DNA of 64,000 nucleotides from Eledone cirrhosa (Eukaryota): NCBI GenBank assembly GCA_964016885.1, contig OZ024745.1, positions 20,212,001 to 20,276,000 of the forward strand, read 5' to 3'. Shown piece by piece: positions 1 to 41,311 of this stretch (position 1 is its first letter; each line of letters starts with the position of its first letter). The notes under the pieces were generated by a model. It saw only the letters and a program-made list of their open reading frames with translations, ran no database searches and was not told where the DNA came from. The position numbers and the translations under genes were made by a program.

Positions 1-825
1 TGATAGAACTATTGTCAATATATAGTACAGGGTATGACAGAACTATTGTCCAGATATAGTACAGGGTATGATAGAACTATTGTCAATATATAGTTCAGGG
101 TATGACAGAACTATTGCGAATATATAGTACAGGGTATGACGGAACTATTGTCCAGATATAGTACAGGGTATGACAGAACTATTGTCCAGATATAGTACAG
201 GGTATGACAGAACTATTGTCCAGATATAGTACAGGGTATGATAGAACTATTGTCAATATATAGTACAGGGTATGACAGAACTATTGTCCAGATATAGTAC
301 AGGGTATGATAGAACTATTGTCAATATATAGTACAGGGTATGACAGAACTATTGTCCAGATATAGTACAGGGTATGACAGAACTATTGTCAATATATAGT
401 ACAGGGTATGACAGAACTATTGTCCAGATATAGTACAGGGTATGATAGAACTATTGTCAATATATAGTACAGGGTATGACAGAACTATTGTCCAGATATA
501 GTACAGGGTATGACAGAACTATTGTCCAGATATAGTACAGGGTATGACAGAACTATTGTCCAGATATAGTACAGGGTATGATAGAACTATTGTCAATATA
601 TAGTACAGGGTATGACAGAACTATTGTCCAGATATAGTACAGGGTATGATAGAACTATTGTCAATATATAGTACAGGGTATGACAGAACTATTGTCCAGA
701 TATAGTACAGGGTATGACAGAACTATTGTCCAGATATAGTACAGGGTATGACAGAACTATTGTCCAGATATAGTACATGGTATGACAGAACTATTGTCCA
801 GATATAGTACAGGGTATGAGAGAAA
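1..825. repeat. 34-bp tandem minisatellite, about 24 copies, truncated by the window edge
   Basis: Unit gatatagtacagggtatgacagaactattgtcca recurs every 34 nt. Two main variants (gacag..gtccaga and gatag..gtcaata). Confidence 0.95.
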
Positions 826-972
826 CTAACTGAAAATGTAGCTAAAATATTGATCTGCTGTTCATGACTCATGAACTCCAAATCTCAGCTGGAATTTCGC
901 AACATTTCTTGCTGAGACATACTTTCTCCCACATTGTCTCTGCATATATCATTATAGTAACGACCTCCCCCC

Positions 973-1076
<104 letters not shown>

Positions 1077-1254
1077 TCCCTCTCTCTCTCACTATCTATC
1101 TATGTGGACACCTCCACCATATTCACTAGCTCACGTGTCTGTATATGTAGATGCCGTCACCCTAACTACTAGGCCACGAACCTTCATATATAATTATATA
1201 GCTATCCTAAATTTGAGTATATGTATTACATGAATCCTCATATTTCAGTCTTAC

Positions 1255-29273
<28,019 letters not shown>

Positions 29274-29393
29274 TTTGGATGGGACTCAATGAGAATATCT
29301 TTCACAAGAGACAACAGTGGAATACAATAGAAATCTAAGGTTGGAAATGTTGAGAACTAAACTCCTGTCTCTCTTACCTTAACTTATCTGACA

Positions 29394-29459
<66 letters not shown>

Positions 29460-29559
29460 CACTTGCCATCCATCAATCATAAAATTACCAGACCTGTATT
29501 TCTTCTTTCCTTTTTATTTCTTTCATCTCGTTTTATCTTAAAATATTTTTGTCTTAAAT

Positions 29560-30110
29560 CTTTCATTCATTCCTGCCTTCATTCTCCCCCATGCTCTCAT
29601 TCTCTCATTCTCCCCCATGCTCTCATTCTTTCATTCTTTTATTCTCTCATTCTCTCATTCTTTTATTCTCTCATTCTCTCAATTTCCCCCATTCCCTCAT
29701 TCTTTCATTCACCCTCATTCTCTCACTCTTTTATTCTCTCATTCTTCCCCATTCTCTCATTCTCCCCCATTCTCTCATTCTCTCATTCTACCCCATTCTC
29801 TCATTTTCCCCCATTCCCTCATTCTCTCATTCACCCCCATTCTCTCACTCTTTTATTCTCTCATTCTTCCCCATTCTCTCATTCTCCCCATTCTCTCATT
29901 CTCCCCCATTCTCCCATTCTCTCATTTTCCCCCATTCTCTCATTTTCCCCCATTCCCTCATTCTCTCATTCACCCCCATTCTCTCACTCATTTATTCTCT
30001 CATTCTTCCCCATTCTCTCATTCTCCCCCATTCTCTCATTCGCCCCCATTCTCTCATTCTCCCTCATTCCGTCATTCTCTCATTCTCTCATTCTCGCATT
30101 CATTCATTCA
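29560..30110. repeat. Pyrimidine-rich (CATTCT/CATTCTCCCC)n repeat
   Basis: Seen directly, about 290 bp upstream of the myosin ATG. Confidence 0.9.
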
Positions 30111-30159
30111 ATAATTCATTCAATTAATCTTTCATATTTTAAATTGCATCTATCTCTGA

Positions 30160-30456
30160 AAGGTGGGTGAATGTGGCAAAAATGGCCCGAGTGATTGGGC
30201 CTTCTCTGTATATAAACCTGTAGGTTGAAGAAGAGAGCAAAAGGAAGAAAGGAGCACTTGCACAACACGCTCCTGGAGTTGAGGGCTGTTCTATCTACGG
30301 GGTATAAAACAACCCATTTGTCAGGCCTCCTCCTTTTTGGGGATTTCGATTCTTGAATTTGTTTGTTAAATTTTTTTACACGATTGTATGTAAAATCCCC
30401 GGCATATGTCTTTGTATCGTCCCCTCTTCTTGTGCGCCCTTGTGGCAAATATAGAA

Positions 30457-30525
<69 letters not shown>

Positions 30526-30630
30526 CCATCCATCTGTGATAACATTTTACACGTTTTTATTGTATGTAAACTTCCCCCTTTGTATTTGTCCCCTTCTTTT
30601 GTGCCCCTGTGGCTAATAAAGAAATATATC
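30160..30630 (+). mobile_element. 3' end fragments of the same Tx1-like LINE followed by (CTAT)n
   Basis: Homologous to the reverse complement of 56091-56400. The terminal cttgtggctaataaagaaat motif occurs twice. Confidence 0.8.
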
Positions 30631-30645
30631 TACCATCTGTTTGTT

Positions 30646-30719
<74 letters not shown>

Positions 30720-31476
30720 TCCGTTGAAATCAATAGGGAGATACCAGTTTGTGATGAATCGTATGTCTCAAACTTTCTGAATGTTTGAAGGAAATGTCTT
30801 TTATCTTGCGGTGTCACCACCACCAACTTGAACGTCCCCGCCACCACCACCAGGACCACCACCATCACCACCACCACCACCACCGCCACCACCACCGTCA
30901 CCGCCACCACCACCGTCACCGCCACCACCACCACCACCACCACCACTGATAACAGTTATAACTGTTGAAATACCCGTTTAATATCCGTTTAGCTCGAAGC
31001 TAATATTTCGCTGCCGTATTAGACGTATAATAAATCTTGTCCCTCTCTAATCTTTATTTTAAAATAAACGAAACTCCACATAACACGCCCACACACACAC
31101 ACACACACACAATTTTTTCTCTCTCTCGTCTACGATTTCACAGAACTTATGTTTACCGAATTCGCAGACCTGACCCCTTCTTCCTCCCGTTAGACCTGTG
31201 CGAAATCCCTTCCTTGCTCACATTTTAACCAGGTTTGATGGTCTTTATTCTCTCGTTCACGATTTCACCGAATTTAAATGCTTCACCATTTTGTTTGTTT
31301 ACCCTCGCGTCCCCTTTATTTACGTGTCCCAACGACTTTTTTTTAGCCGTTGCTCGCACCAACCTGAGGTATATGGTCTTTAAAGCGATGAAATGCCTAT
31401 GATGGTTGTAAGATCACTGATGAAGGACAAACTTTTTTCATATGTAACCCATTTGCAACTCCGCAGCGCCCTTATT

Positions 31477-31531
<55 letters not shown>

Positions 31532-31738
31532 TTACCCGAGTTCAATCGGGGGTAACCGCAGTAAGTAAGGTACTCAATACAAAGCAGAGTATAAATATTT
31601 AATATAGAAAAGGCTTCTACAGGACTAGAACTGTTTCATTCCGGAGAAATCATCGAAACAGTTCTAGTCTTGTAGAAGCCTTTTCTAAATATATATACTC
31701 TGCTTTACATACATATACATATACATACGCGCACACAA

Positions 31739-31819
<81 letters not shown>

Positions 31820-31890
31820 CACATACATATATATATATATATATATGTATACAATATATTAATAAATGGAAACTATATTTATAAAACCAT

Positions 31891-31961
31891 ATTTATTTTA
31901 TTATACATATTTCAAGGGCAACCAAGGCAAATTATGGTGCGCTTTCATCAGATAAAATACA
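31891..31961 (-). ncRNA. Hammerhead ribozyme, left arm of inverted repeat 31850-32402
   Basis: Reverse complement of 32292-32362. Confidence 0.72.
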
Positions 31962-32291
31962 GATTTGTTTTATAAATAAATATTGACCTACCCGGAAAAA
32001 AGACAACCTTAACGGTTGGAGCTTCCTGGATAGTGGAGATAGTACATTTATTGAGGGTAATACAAAGTTATGAGTGAGTATGCAAATGAGTGTCCGAAAG
32101 GTTGAAAAGATAACGATTTATTTAAATTAAACTGTTGGAAGAGGATGATATGTAAGGGAGAGAGAAAAAAAGAAAAAAGAAAAAAGAAAGGAGAAAGATA
32201 GAAGAGGAAAGAATCTCCACTATCCAGGAAGCTCCAACCGTTAAGGTTGTCTTTTTTCCGGGTAAGTCAATATTTATTTATAAAACAAATC

Positions 32292-32362
32292 TGTATTTTA
32301 TCTGATGAAAGCGCACCATAATTTGCCTTGGTTGCCCTTGAAATATGTATAATAAAATAAAT
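32292..32362 (+). ncRNA. Hammerhead ribozyme, right arm of inverted repeat 31850-32402
   Basis: tattttat-CTGATGA-aagcgcacca...tggttgccctt-GAAA-tatgtATA-ataaaata. Confidence 0.72.
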
Positions 32363-32502
32363 ATGGTTTTATAAATATAGTTTCCATTTATTAATATATT
32401 GTATATTTACTCCACTAACTTGTTGAGTGCTTTATATCAGTTATAAAAATGTTTAAGCTTGTTGAATCCCAACAAATTAAATATAACCTCTGCATATATA
32501 TG

Positions 32503-32534
<32 letters not shown>

Positions 32535-32560
32535 TGTATGTATGTATGTATGTATGTATG

Positions 32561-32629
<69 letters not shown>

Positions 32630-32714
32630 TAAAATAACAGATTAAAGTTTAAGCAAAGAATCGTTGCTTTCACCCTTAACGGGATCTTCTGAAACTCTAT
32701 TATTATTATTATTA

Positions 32715-32756
<42 letters not shown>

Positions 32757-32962
32757 CATATACATCTCTATATATATATATGTATGTGTATGTATATATA
32801 TATATATTAATATATATATATAACGAATTTGAAAAACACCCTTCCATTATATACTCACCAAAGGTCAGCTAATGAAATAAAACCACCAGAAATGGATGTT
32901 TACAACAACCTTCTCAAACACCCTTATCCTGATATAAACCTCACCATTTTCTGAGACAAATA

Positions 32963-33081
<119 letters not shown>

Positions 33082-33359
33082 ATGCTTTAATTCCTCCAAA
33101 TCTTCACCAACACTCATTAACACCACACCCCACACGCCAGACACATCCAAATCTCTCTTATATATAGTCACACATCACAACACAACCAGATCTCAGTTTG
33201 ACAATCGCCACCGACGAAAGCGAGAAAGTTCTCCAACAAAGTTAACAAAGAACTTACTGGATCTACAAACTCATGATATTATATTATAAAATTAAATCAA
33301 ATCATTCTTTTCCTTTTTTCAAATATACCTAACTGTACGAAGGATCTCACACATTTCCA

Positions 33360-33453
<94 letters not shown>

Positions 33454-34441
33454 ACGTATGTATATATATATATATATATAGTGATAATAATAAAATTGAA
33501 GACTAAAATCCAAAGAGGGCTCGATAAGGAAAATATATATCAGATATATAAGAACCGAAGAGCAAATATTTATTAAAATAACAGATTAAAGTTTAAGCAA
33601 AGAATCGCTGCTTTTTACATATTCTGGTATTTAGGGTTTGGTTATGTGTATATGGGAGTTTTGCGTCTGCGTGAGTATGCAGGTTCGTACGTATGGTGGG
33701 TGTGTGTATATGTGTACTTCTTGTTTTAGTTGTCTTACGTCTCCGAACCTTCGTGTATTTATTTGTAGGTATGTGTGTGCGCTTGTTATATACGTATTTA
33801 TTTACTTATATACGTTTATATAATTATTTATTTATTTGTACACAAGCATACACACATACACACATTTATGTGTGCGTGGTTTTGTATACCTATGGTAAGG
33901 TTTTGCGTATGCTTGTGTATGTACGTATCTGTTTGCGTGTATGTATTTATTTGTTTCTATTACTTCTGTATTGTATTTATTTACTTTGTTCTTAACTCTG
34001 TAGCGGAGATTCATTCGGTCTCCTAGTTAGAATTTTAGTCTACAACTTCTGCTATACCATTTACGTGGTTTTGTCTTTGCGTGCTATTGTTCTCCACGCT
34101 CCACATATGACTTATTATCTTCGTTTTTTCGTTCATTGCCAGAGAACGTCTCTATGCACCACTTAGAGAACATTAGTCTACGACCTCTTTTATACCATAA
34201 ACGTGGTTCTGTCTTTGCGCGTAATTATTTTTCACCGCTCCTATTAATGACGTATTATTCGTTTTTTCCCGTTCTTTGCCAGGGAACGTTTCCACGAACC
34301 AAAGTATCGTCTTCCTGTCTTCCTCCGGTTGCAACGTTTTTTGAAATATCCAGTTCTGCGTTTACAGATTGACTTTGTTAGTTTCAGAAGATCCCGTTAA
34401 GGGTGAAAGCAGCGATTCTTTGCTTAAACTTTAATCTGTTA

Positions 34442-34560
<119 letters not shown>

Positions 34561-35197
34561 GTGCGCGTATAAATATTTATGTATATGTATGTGTATGTAT
34601 GTGTATGTATGCGTTGGCGCATACTTCTGCACAGGCCTAAATCTTAACAATACTTTAATGTTCTCATCTTTATTTACTTTTACTACTATTAATAACCGCT
34701 GTCATTTTCGTTTAACAACTTTACATAATTTTATCAGCAAAGATTTACGGCCCTTTATGATCTGAGTTCAAATCCCGCCGAGGTTCACTTTGTCTTTCAT
34801 CCTGACGGGGTCGATAAAATAAAGTACCAGTAATGCACTGGGATAATTGCTGGCCTTGTGCCAAAAGTAGAAACAATTATTCTTAAACTCCGGAGCTGGA
34901 AATCTTTCGGTTATTCTCAATAGAATTTTAGTTTAACGTCTCCTTTTATACCATAAATGTGTTTTGTCTTTGTAAGAAATTGTTTTCACCGCTCCACATA
35001 ACGACGTATTATCCTCGCTTTTTTCCGTTCATTGCCAGAGAACGTCTTCACGAACCAAAATATCGTCTTCCTGTTTTCCTTTGATTGTAACGTTTTTCGA
35101 AATATTTACTTCTGCGTTCACAGATTGATATTTTTAGTATCAGAAGATCCCTTTAAGGGTGAAAGCAGCGATTCTTTGCTTAAACTTTAATTTGTTC

Positions 35198-35233
<36 letters not shown>

Positions 35234-35826
35234 CAGGGAGTGTAACTTGGAGTTACTGTAGCTTCACCCAGGTGAGCACTCGATGTTTAGGTTCACGTCA
35301 GTGGCGAGGTGTAGAGATAAACAGAGTGTAATGTGATAATTGTTTCTACTTTTGGCACAAGGCCAGAAATTACCCAGTACATGACTGGTACTTTATTTTA
35401 TCGATCCCGTAAGGATGAAAGGCAAAGTTAACCTCGGCGGGATTTGAACTCAGAATGGCAAGGGCCATAACTCTATGCGTCAAAGCATGGCGTCCGCACC
35501 TCAACCGATACTGCCAATCCACCGCCCAGAGTGTAATGTGATAATACAAAGCGATTTGTTAAGCCTTCATTACGTTTATTGATTGTTATAACTTCAACTG
35601 CTAGGCTAATTTACCTAGTCAAAAACACGGTGGAAGGTCTATTTCACTATATATATAAAATATGTATATAACAATGAAGAAGTCAGTGTACTTGAATATT
35701 GCATAACTTTATTAATTATTTTGTAACTGTTATATGATCAGTGGTATCGATTATATAATAGATACAACTTCATCAGGAAGCTATTGTGTAATCATTCCTT
35801 CAACGTATGATATGTCGCTCCAAGGC

Positions 35827-35972
35827 TCAGTCTTTGTATCCAAATACTACTTCCACAAGTTTTCCCCAAATCGATTGCTTATTTTTGTCGTATTCATCCA
35901 AATGATCTCTGAAACACATGGCACCTTGCCTGTCACAAAGACATGTCGCCTGTTCACATGGCCGAGTGTCCT
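35827..35972 (-). CDS. PLA2 duplicated or alternative last exon 4b (EDTRP...KNKQSIWGKLVEVVFGYKD*)
   Basis: Same acceptor and same first about 100 coding nt as exon 4a, different tail, TGA stop, minus-strand AATAAA at 35708-35713. Confidence 0.72.
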
Positions 35973-37240
35973 CTGAAATATATGTTTTAATGTTTAATCG
36001 TTATATTATTGAAACTAACATTTACACAATTAATCGTGATATCGAAGGAGAAAAATCCAGATAGAATCAGTGATATTGCTTCCAAAGAATAGGAGGAAAA
36101 AGTACACCAAAGGAATAGACTTATTCTAACGTTTATATGTACATATTGACCCGTAACTTCTGGTGGGGTCATTGAGGTACCGTCGTGATATATACCCTTC
36201 TGGAGATTTTAAACATGTCGCCAATATCCCCTCTCTAAGTCTGAACAGGGGATTTATACCAGAGAAAGGGAAAGATTTCGAGAGAGAAAGTGATCTATTG
36301 ATGAAGAATCGATTGGCACTTTTTTTATCGATCGAAAGGATGGAAGGTTTAGTGGACCTCGGCAGGATTTGAGCTCAGAGATCCGTATATATATACTGCA
36401 AAGTATTCTATCAGACGTTCTAACGACTCTGCCAAATTCGTCGCTTACGTCCTCTAATATATATTATATTATGGAAAGTACTTATCTTAAACAGGTGAAC
36501 TCAATAGTTTACAAGCTTTGATTTCAAATATATATTAACACGAGCATTGGTTCAACTACTGACCAGGAGTAGGAACTCGATTTTCAGGAGATATCATTTT
36601 AGATAAAGATTGAACTCTGCTCTACGTAACGCCATCTTGATCTAAGCACGTGCTCTAATGAACAGTTTGAGAGATGCCAGACACTGTACATTCTGGTTAT
36701 GATTATATCAAATATGAAACAATTATGAGAATCAGTATAAGGGTCAACAACATACCGTATTTGCCGGCCTATTTGTAACTAGAATCCTAGTTATTTAGAA
36801 CATTTAGGGTACATAGTTGTTATTAGTGTCAAAGCATCATGTGGAGAGTCAGGAGTTAAAAAGATGTTCTGCTTGAAAGAACACAATTACAGGCAGCACT
36901 GGTTGGAAGTGTAATAGGTATAAGTAAAAAGCACAAGCAAAAAAATCACAAGCTAAAAAAAACACAGGCAAAAAAGTTATAAGCAAGGACAATTGATGTA
37001 CAATGCAGGAGTCGATACAGTCAATAAGGCATGCACGAGGAAAGAGTTATAATGCAGTTGAAGTAAAACATATTTTGTGTGGGGTGTTAAAGCATGTTAT
37101 AATTGTTATAAACATTTAAGATAGTGTGCAATTTGTTATAGAGGCATGTTGTGATAATGTAGGTATTTATATATATATATATAAATATATATATATACAT
37201 ACATATATTTATATATATATTATATGATATATATATTATA

Positions 37241-37279
<39 letters not shown>

Positions 37280-37314
37280 TATAAATATTAATAAAATAGA
37301 TGTTCTTTTGATCA

Positions 37315-37377
37315 ATTACATTTTATTATACATATTTCGGATGTACAACAGTACGTCCTCATCAGACAAAATATAAT
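37315..37377 (-). ncRNA. Hammerhead ribozyme, second copy, in the PLE and PLA2 sense orientation
   Basis: Reverse complement of 40863-40925. Confidence 0.85.
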
Positions 37378-40300
37378 GATACATGACATACCCTGAGATG
37401 TTAAATGGTTAAGATTTAATCAAGGTAGTGATTAACCCAAGAGACAATTTTACTTATATAGCCTAATTATGAGAAAATGCGAAAACGTAATAAATTCATT
37501 AGAGAATGTGTGAGTAAGAAAAAACGTTGCATACTGTAATTGTTCTAAAGGTTTTAAAGTGTATGATACTACGATATATCTAGGAAAACGTCTCATGAAT
37601 CATAACAGCCAGTGATAGCCACTGGAAAAGGATTTATAAAGAGGCAAAGATAAAGGGGGGCGGGGGTGATATATGCAGAAGGAGATTTCTTCCGAAAGTT
37701 AAACGGTTAAATTTGAAAATATTTAATTTATAATATTAGGGTGAAGACTCCAGATTTGAATAGTTACTAACATAATTTATAATATTAAGGTGAAGACTCC
37801 AGGATTATTTGCTGGTTATTTATATATTATTTTTATAAATTCGATAAGTGTGTTATCAATTCTAAGCTTCTGAATTTTATGAGGGTAACATTTAAAGGAT
37901 TTAGCTGGTATATAAAGAATGAAATATTATACTGTTGATTATTTACCTAAATTTAAACTTTAACAAAGATACTAACATATTAGGTATGTAAAGCTTTTGA
38001 AGTACTTATTGTTATAAATATTTAAATAACTATTATGTATATAGGTATATATTAATGAGCCAGTATATTTTAGGTAAATAATAACGACGAAGATAAAAAT
38101 AAAATAAGATAATAGATTGAAGCATGTTAAGGATAAATATACACCTATGTATAACTGGGTGTAAATGTACTAATTATTCTTCAACCAAGATATCAACATA
38201 TTATTAGATATAGGGAGGTATATATATATAGATATATATTAGGTATTATTAGTGTAGTATACTTTAGGTAAATGATAACAGTTATAATTTTATAAAGTAG
38301 AGTTCAACATGTTACATTTAAATACATATATATATATAAGAAAAACAATATTGAGTGCATGGATAATTCAGAGTTCAAAATAATGTCTATAATAATTTTT
38401 AGTTTGGATATTTTCTCTATATTTGAATCATATATATAGAAATGTGGTAGGTATATTTAAATATATTTAAAAATATATAAAATATAATATATAACTACAT
38501 ACATATTATAATACATTATATTATAAATAAGAGATCAAAAGCGCAGCAAAAATTCACATTTATATATAAGTTTGAATCTGTCTTAAATTTTAGATTTTAT
38601 AGTGCCGTAAATATATTTAAAAGAAATATATGCATATACTGTATTATATTATACTATAAATAAGAGATCAAAAACTCATAAAAAATTCACAGTTATAGAT
38701 AAGTTTCATAAAAATTTATGGATTGGGTATTAAACTAAAATTTAAAAGAGATCAAAAATGTATTAAAAATTCACAGTTATATAAATTCCGTAAATATGTA
38801 AGGATTAGATATTGTACTAAATTATAAGCATAGAGAGGAAGATAGATAAAGAAATAAGGAGATAAAGAAATGATGGTATTGATCAAAGTTAACAAAATAA
38901 TGTTGTGTCTATCAATATTTAGACATGTTATTGAACAAGTGTCATTCATTCGAGCGTTGTTTCTTCTATAGATAGCTATAAAATAAAGCAATATTAAAGG
39001 CCATTAATGTTTTTCAGTTGATTATATATTCCTGGTAACCGAGTTATTATTGATTTGGTGTTATTGCTTCTTTTTTTCTCGTTTTATGTGAGGCTAAAAA
39101 AGTGGACGTAGCTTTATGGAGGCAACTAGAGAATAATTCACTTTTTTTGTTAATTAGGGTCTCATAGTTATTAATAATCAACAGGGTCTCCATTGTACAG
39201 AGCGGGCAGTTATTTGATATACTAGAGTTGCGGTAAATTCCACAGTTCCGAAGTTTTGTCCAAAGAATGGAGTATTTTAAATTCTTCTCTTTTAATGACC
39301 ATATGAGCTGTGATAAAGACGTGGATGATTTCTTCTTAGAGTTCGAGAATGAGCATTTATGGTTCGCAAAACGAGCTTTGAATGTGGACGAGGGCGATCC
39401 AATGTAGTTGTATGTTTTGTGATCAGTTTTTACGGTGCATTTATAAACCAAATTACTATCAAAACAATTATTTTGCAAAGGGCAATTAGTTTTATTTCTA
39501 CAATTACATTTTGGTTTAGTATCATTAATGTTAACTCTATTATTATGATCATTATGTTGGTTTGGTTTTAGGATTTTGGCGTTTAATTTGGCAATGTTTT
39601 GGGCCATGTTACTGGTTGTTGAATTTGAGAATTTAATGGTATGTCTATTAAAAATGGAATGATATTTATGTTGAGTAGGGAAAGAGGTGTCAAGAGCTTT
39701 AAAGAATAGTTTTGCAATTGGTGTTTTAACTGCGACCGAAGCAGGGGGTGCAAACCATATGACTGGTTTAGATCTAGTTCGTATTCTCGATTTATTTAGC
39801 GTATGGCTGTTTGAATTATAATTATTAGAGTTTCTCTTATATATGTTATTATTTTTATTATTATTATTAGGAAATACTTGGATTATTATTATCTACATAT
39901 TCTATATTATTCATATACCCTGCTCTTTTTAACGCGTTGTTGTAGTATTCAGCGTTTTTATCAAATATATCTTTATTAGTTGATATTTTATTAATACGTT
40001 TTTGCACACTATTTACTATACCCTTTTTTACAGATCTAGGGTGATTTGAATAGTTACTAACATAATTTAAGTTTTCATTGGGCTTATGAAAAGGGTAATA
40101 GAAGCCAGTGTTTAAGTTAAAGGTAACGTCTAGGAAATTAACTATTTTGGTACCATTTTCTACTTCTAATTTAAGGTCGTACGTTTTAAAGAATTCTATT
40201 ATACTTTTCTTAACTCTATTTAGTTCTATATTGTTGTGTTTGACCACCGTAAATAAAATGTCGGCCCTATATAAACCACCGGTAGTTTTCTATTTATCAT

Positions 40301-40862
40301 GTTTAATATGAAAATTCCCAGAAGATCTGTGATTTGCGCGGAATCACATGCCCCCATAGTGATATCAAAGTTTCTATCTCTATCTGAGCGTGTCCAAAGT
40401 TCGTTATTGAAGTTAATGAGAGTTCTTCTGGCTGTTAAAATTATATCTATTTCATTTGTGGTTAGATCAGTATGCTTATAAGCATATGAGAGGGCCTTAT
40501 TTAGAAGTTTAGATGTTATAGAAGAATAGTAGCTAGTAATATCCATCTGGAAAAAATATCCTTCTGCATATATCACCCCCCACCCCCTATCTTTCCCTCT
40601 TTATAAATTCTTTTCCAGTGGCTATCACTGGCTGTTATGATTCATGAGACGTTTTCCTAGATATATCGTAGTATCATACATTTTAAAACCTTTAGAACAA
40701 TTACAGTATGCAACGTATTTTCTTACTCACACATTCTCTAATGAATTTATTACGTTTTCGCATTTTCTCATAATTAGGCTATATAAGTAAAATTTTCTCT
40801 TGGGTTAATCACTACCTTGATTAAATCTTAACCATTTAACATCTCAGGGTATGTCATGTATC

Positions 40863-40925
40863 ATTATATTTTGTCTGATGAGGACGTACTGTTGTACATC
40901 CGAAATATGTATAATAAAATGTAAT
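40863..40925 (+). ncRNA. Minimal type I hammerhead ribozyme in the PLE terminal repeat
   Basis: attatattttgt-CTGATGA-ggacgtac tgtt gtacatcc-GAAA-tatgt-ATA-ataaaatgtaat. Stems I and II pair and the core is intact. Confidence 0.85.
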
Positions 40926-41174
40926 TGATCAAAAGAACATCTATTTTATTAATATTTATATTTTAATATTAATAACTCCAGAAAATTATTTTTCCATTGA
41001 GTGCTTCCAATCTACTGAAAAACTCATTCTTTGACATAATCATTGAATATCGTTTAACACTTTAATATATATATATATATATATAATATATATATATAAT
41101 ATATATATATAATATCATATACATATTTAAGAAAACAATAAAGAAAGATGAAATTGTTGTATGCCTTTTAAGAC

Positions 41175-41311
41175 TTATCCAACAATGTTCTTCAAAAGCC
41201 TCCCGAAAATTGATTGCTTATTTTTGTCGTATTCATCCAAATGATCTCTGAAACACATGGCACCTTGCCTGTCACAAAGACATGTCGCCTGTTCACATGG
41301 CCGAGTGTCCT
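41175..41311 (-). CDS. PLA2 last exon 4a (EDTRPCEQATCLCDRQGAMCFRDHLDEYDKNKQSIFGRLLKNIVG*)
   Basis: atttcag acceptor in phase 1; CxCD Asp99 signature; TAA stop. Confidence 0.88.

Larger units (their letters stand above)
37272..41064 (-). mobile_element. Penelope-like retroelement (Naiad-like), 5'-truncated and frameshifted, with an inverted terminal (pLTR) repeat
   Basis: RT fragments 39867-40576 (DITSYYSSI, ITMGACDSA, GLYRAD), linker CNCRNKTNCPLQNNC, GIY-YIG (LVYKC...YIGS...FKARFANHK) and C-terminal CPLC...SCLH in 39047-39607. About 410-bp inverted repeat 37272-37683 / 40558-40968. Flanked by (TA)n. Confidence 0.9.

Noticed and set aside
1-825. 34-bp repeat as a CRISPR array
   Set aside because: Head-to-tail units with no spacers; an ordinary minisatellite.
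32859-32950. AG/GT-bounded segment upstream of the myosin ATG, and a 10-nt candidate near 29378
   Set aside because: Could be 5' UTR exons, but there is no coding signal or independent support.
39047-40576. Active autonomous Penelope or selenoprotein-type Naiad
   Set aside because: It is 5'-truncated and frameshifted, and the RT catalytic motif reads YRAD instead of YRDD. No in-frame TGA at Cys positions was noticed in the visible fragments.
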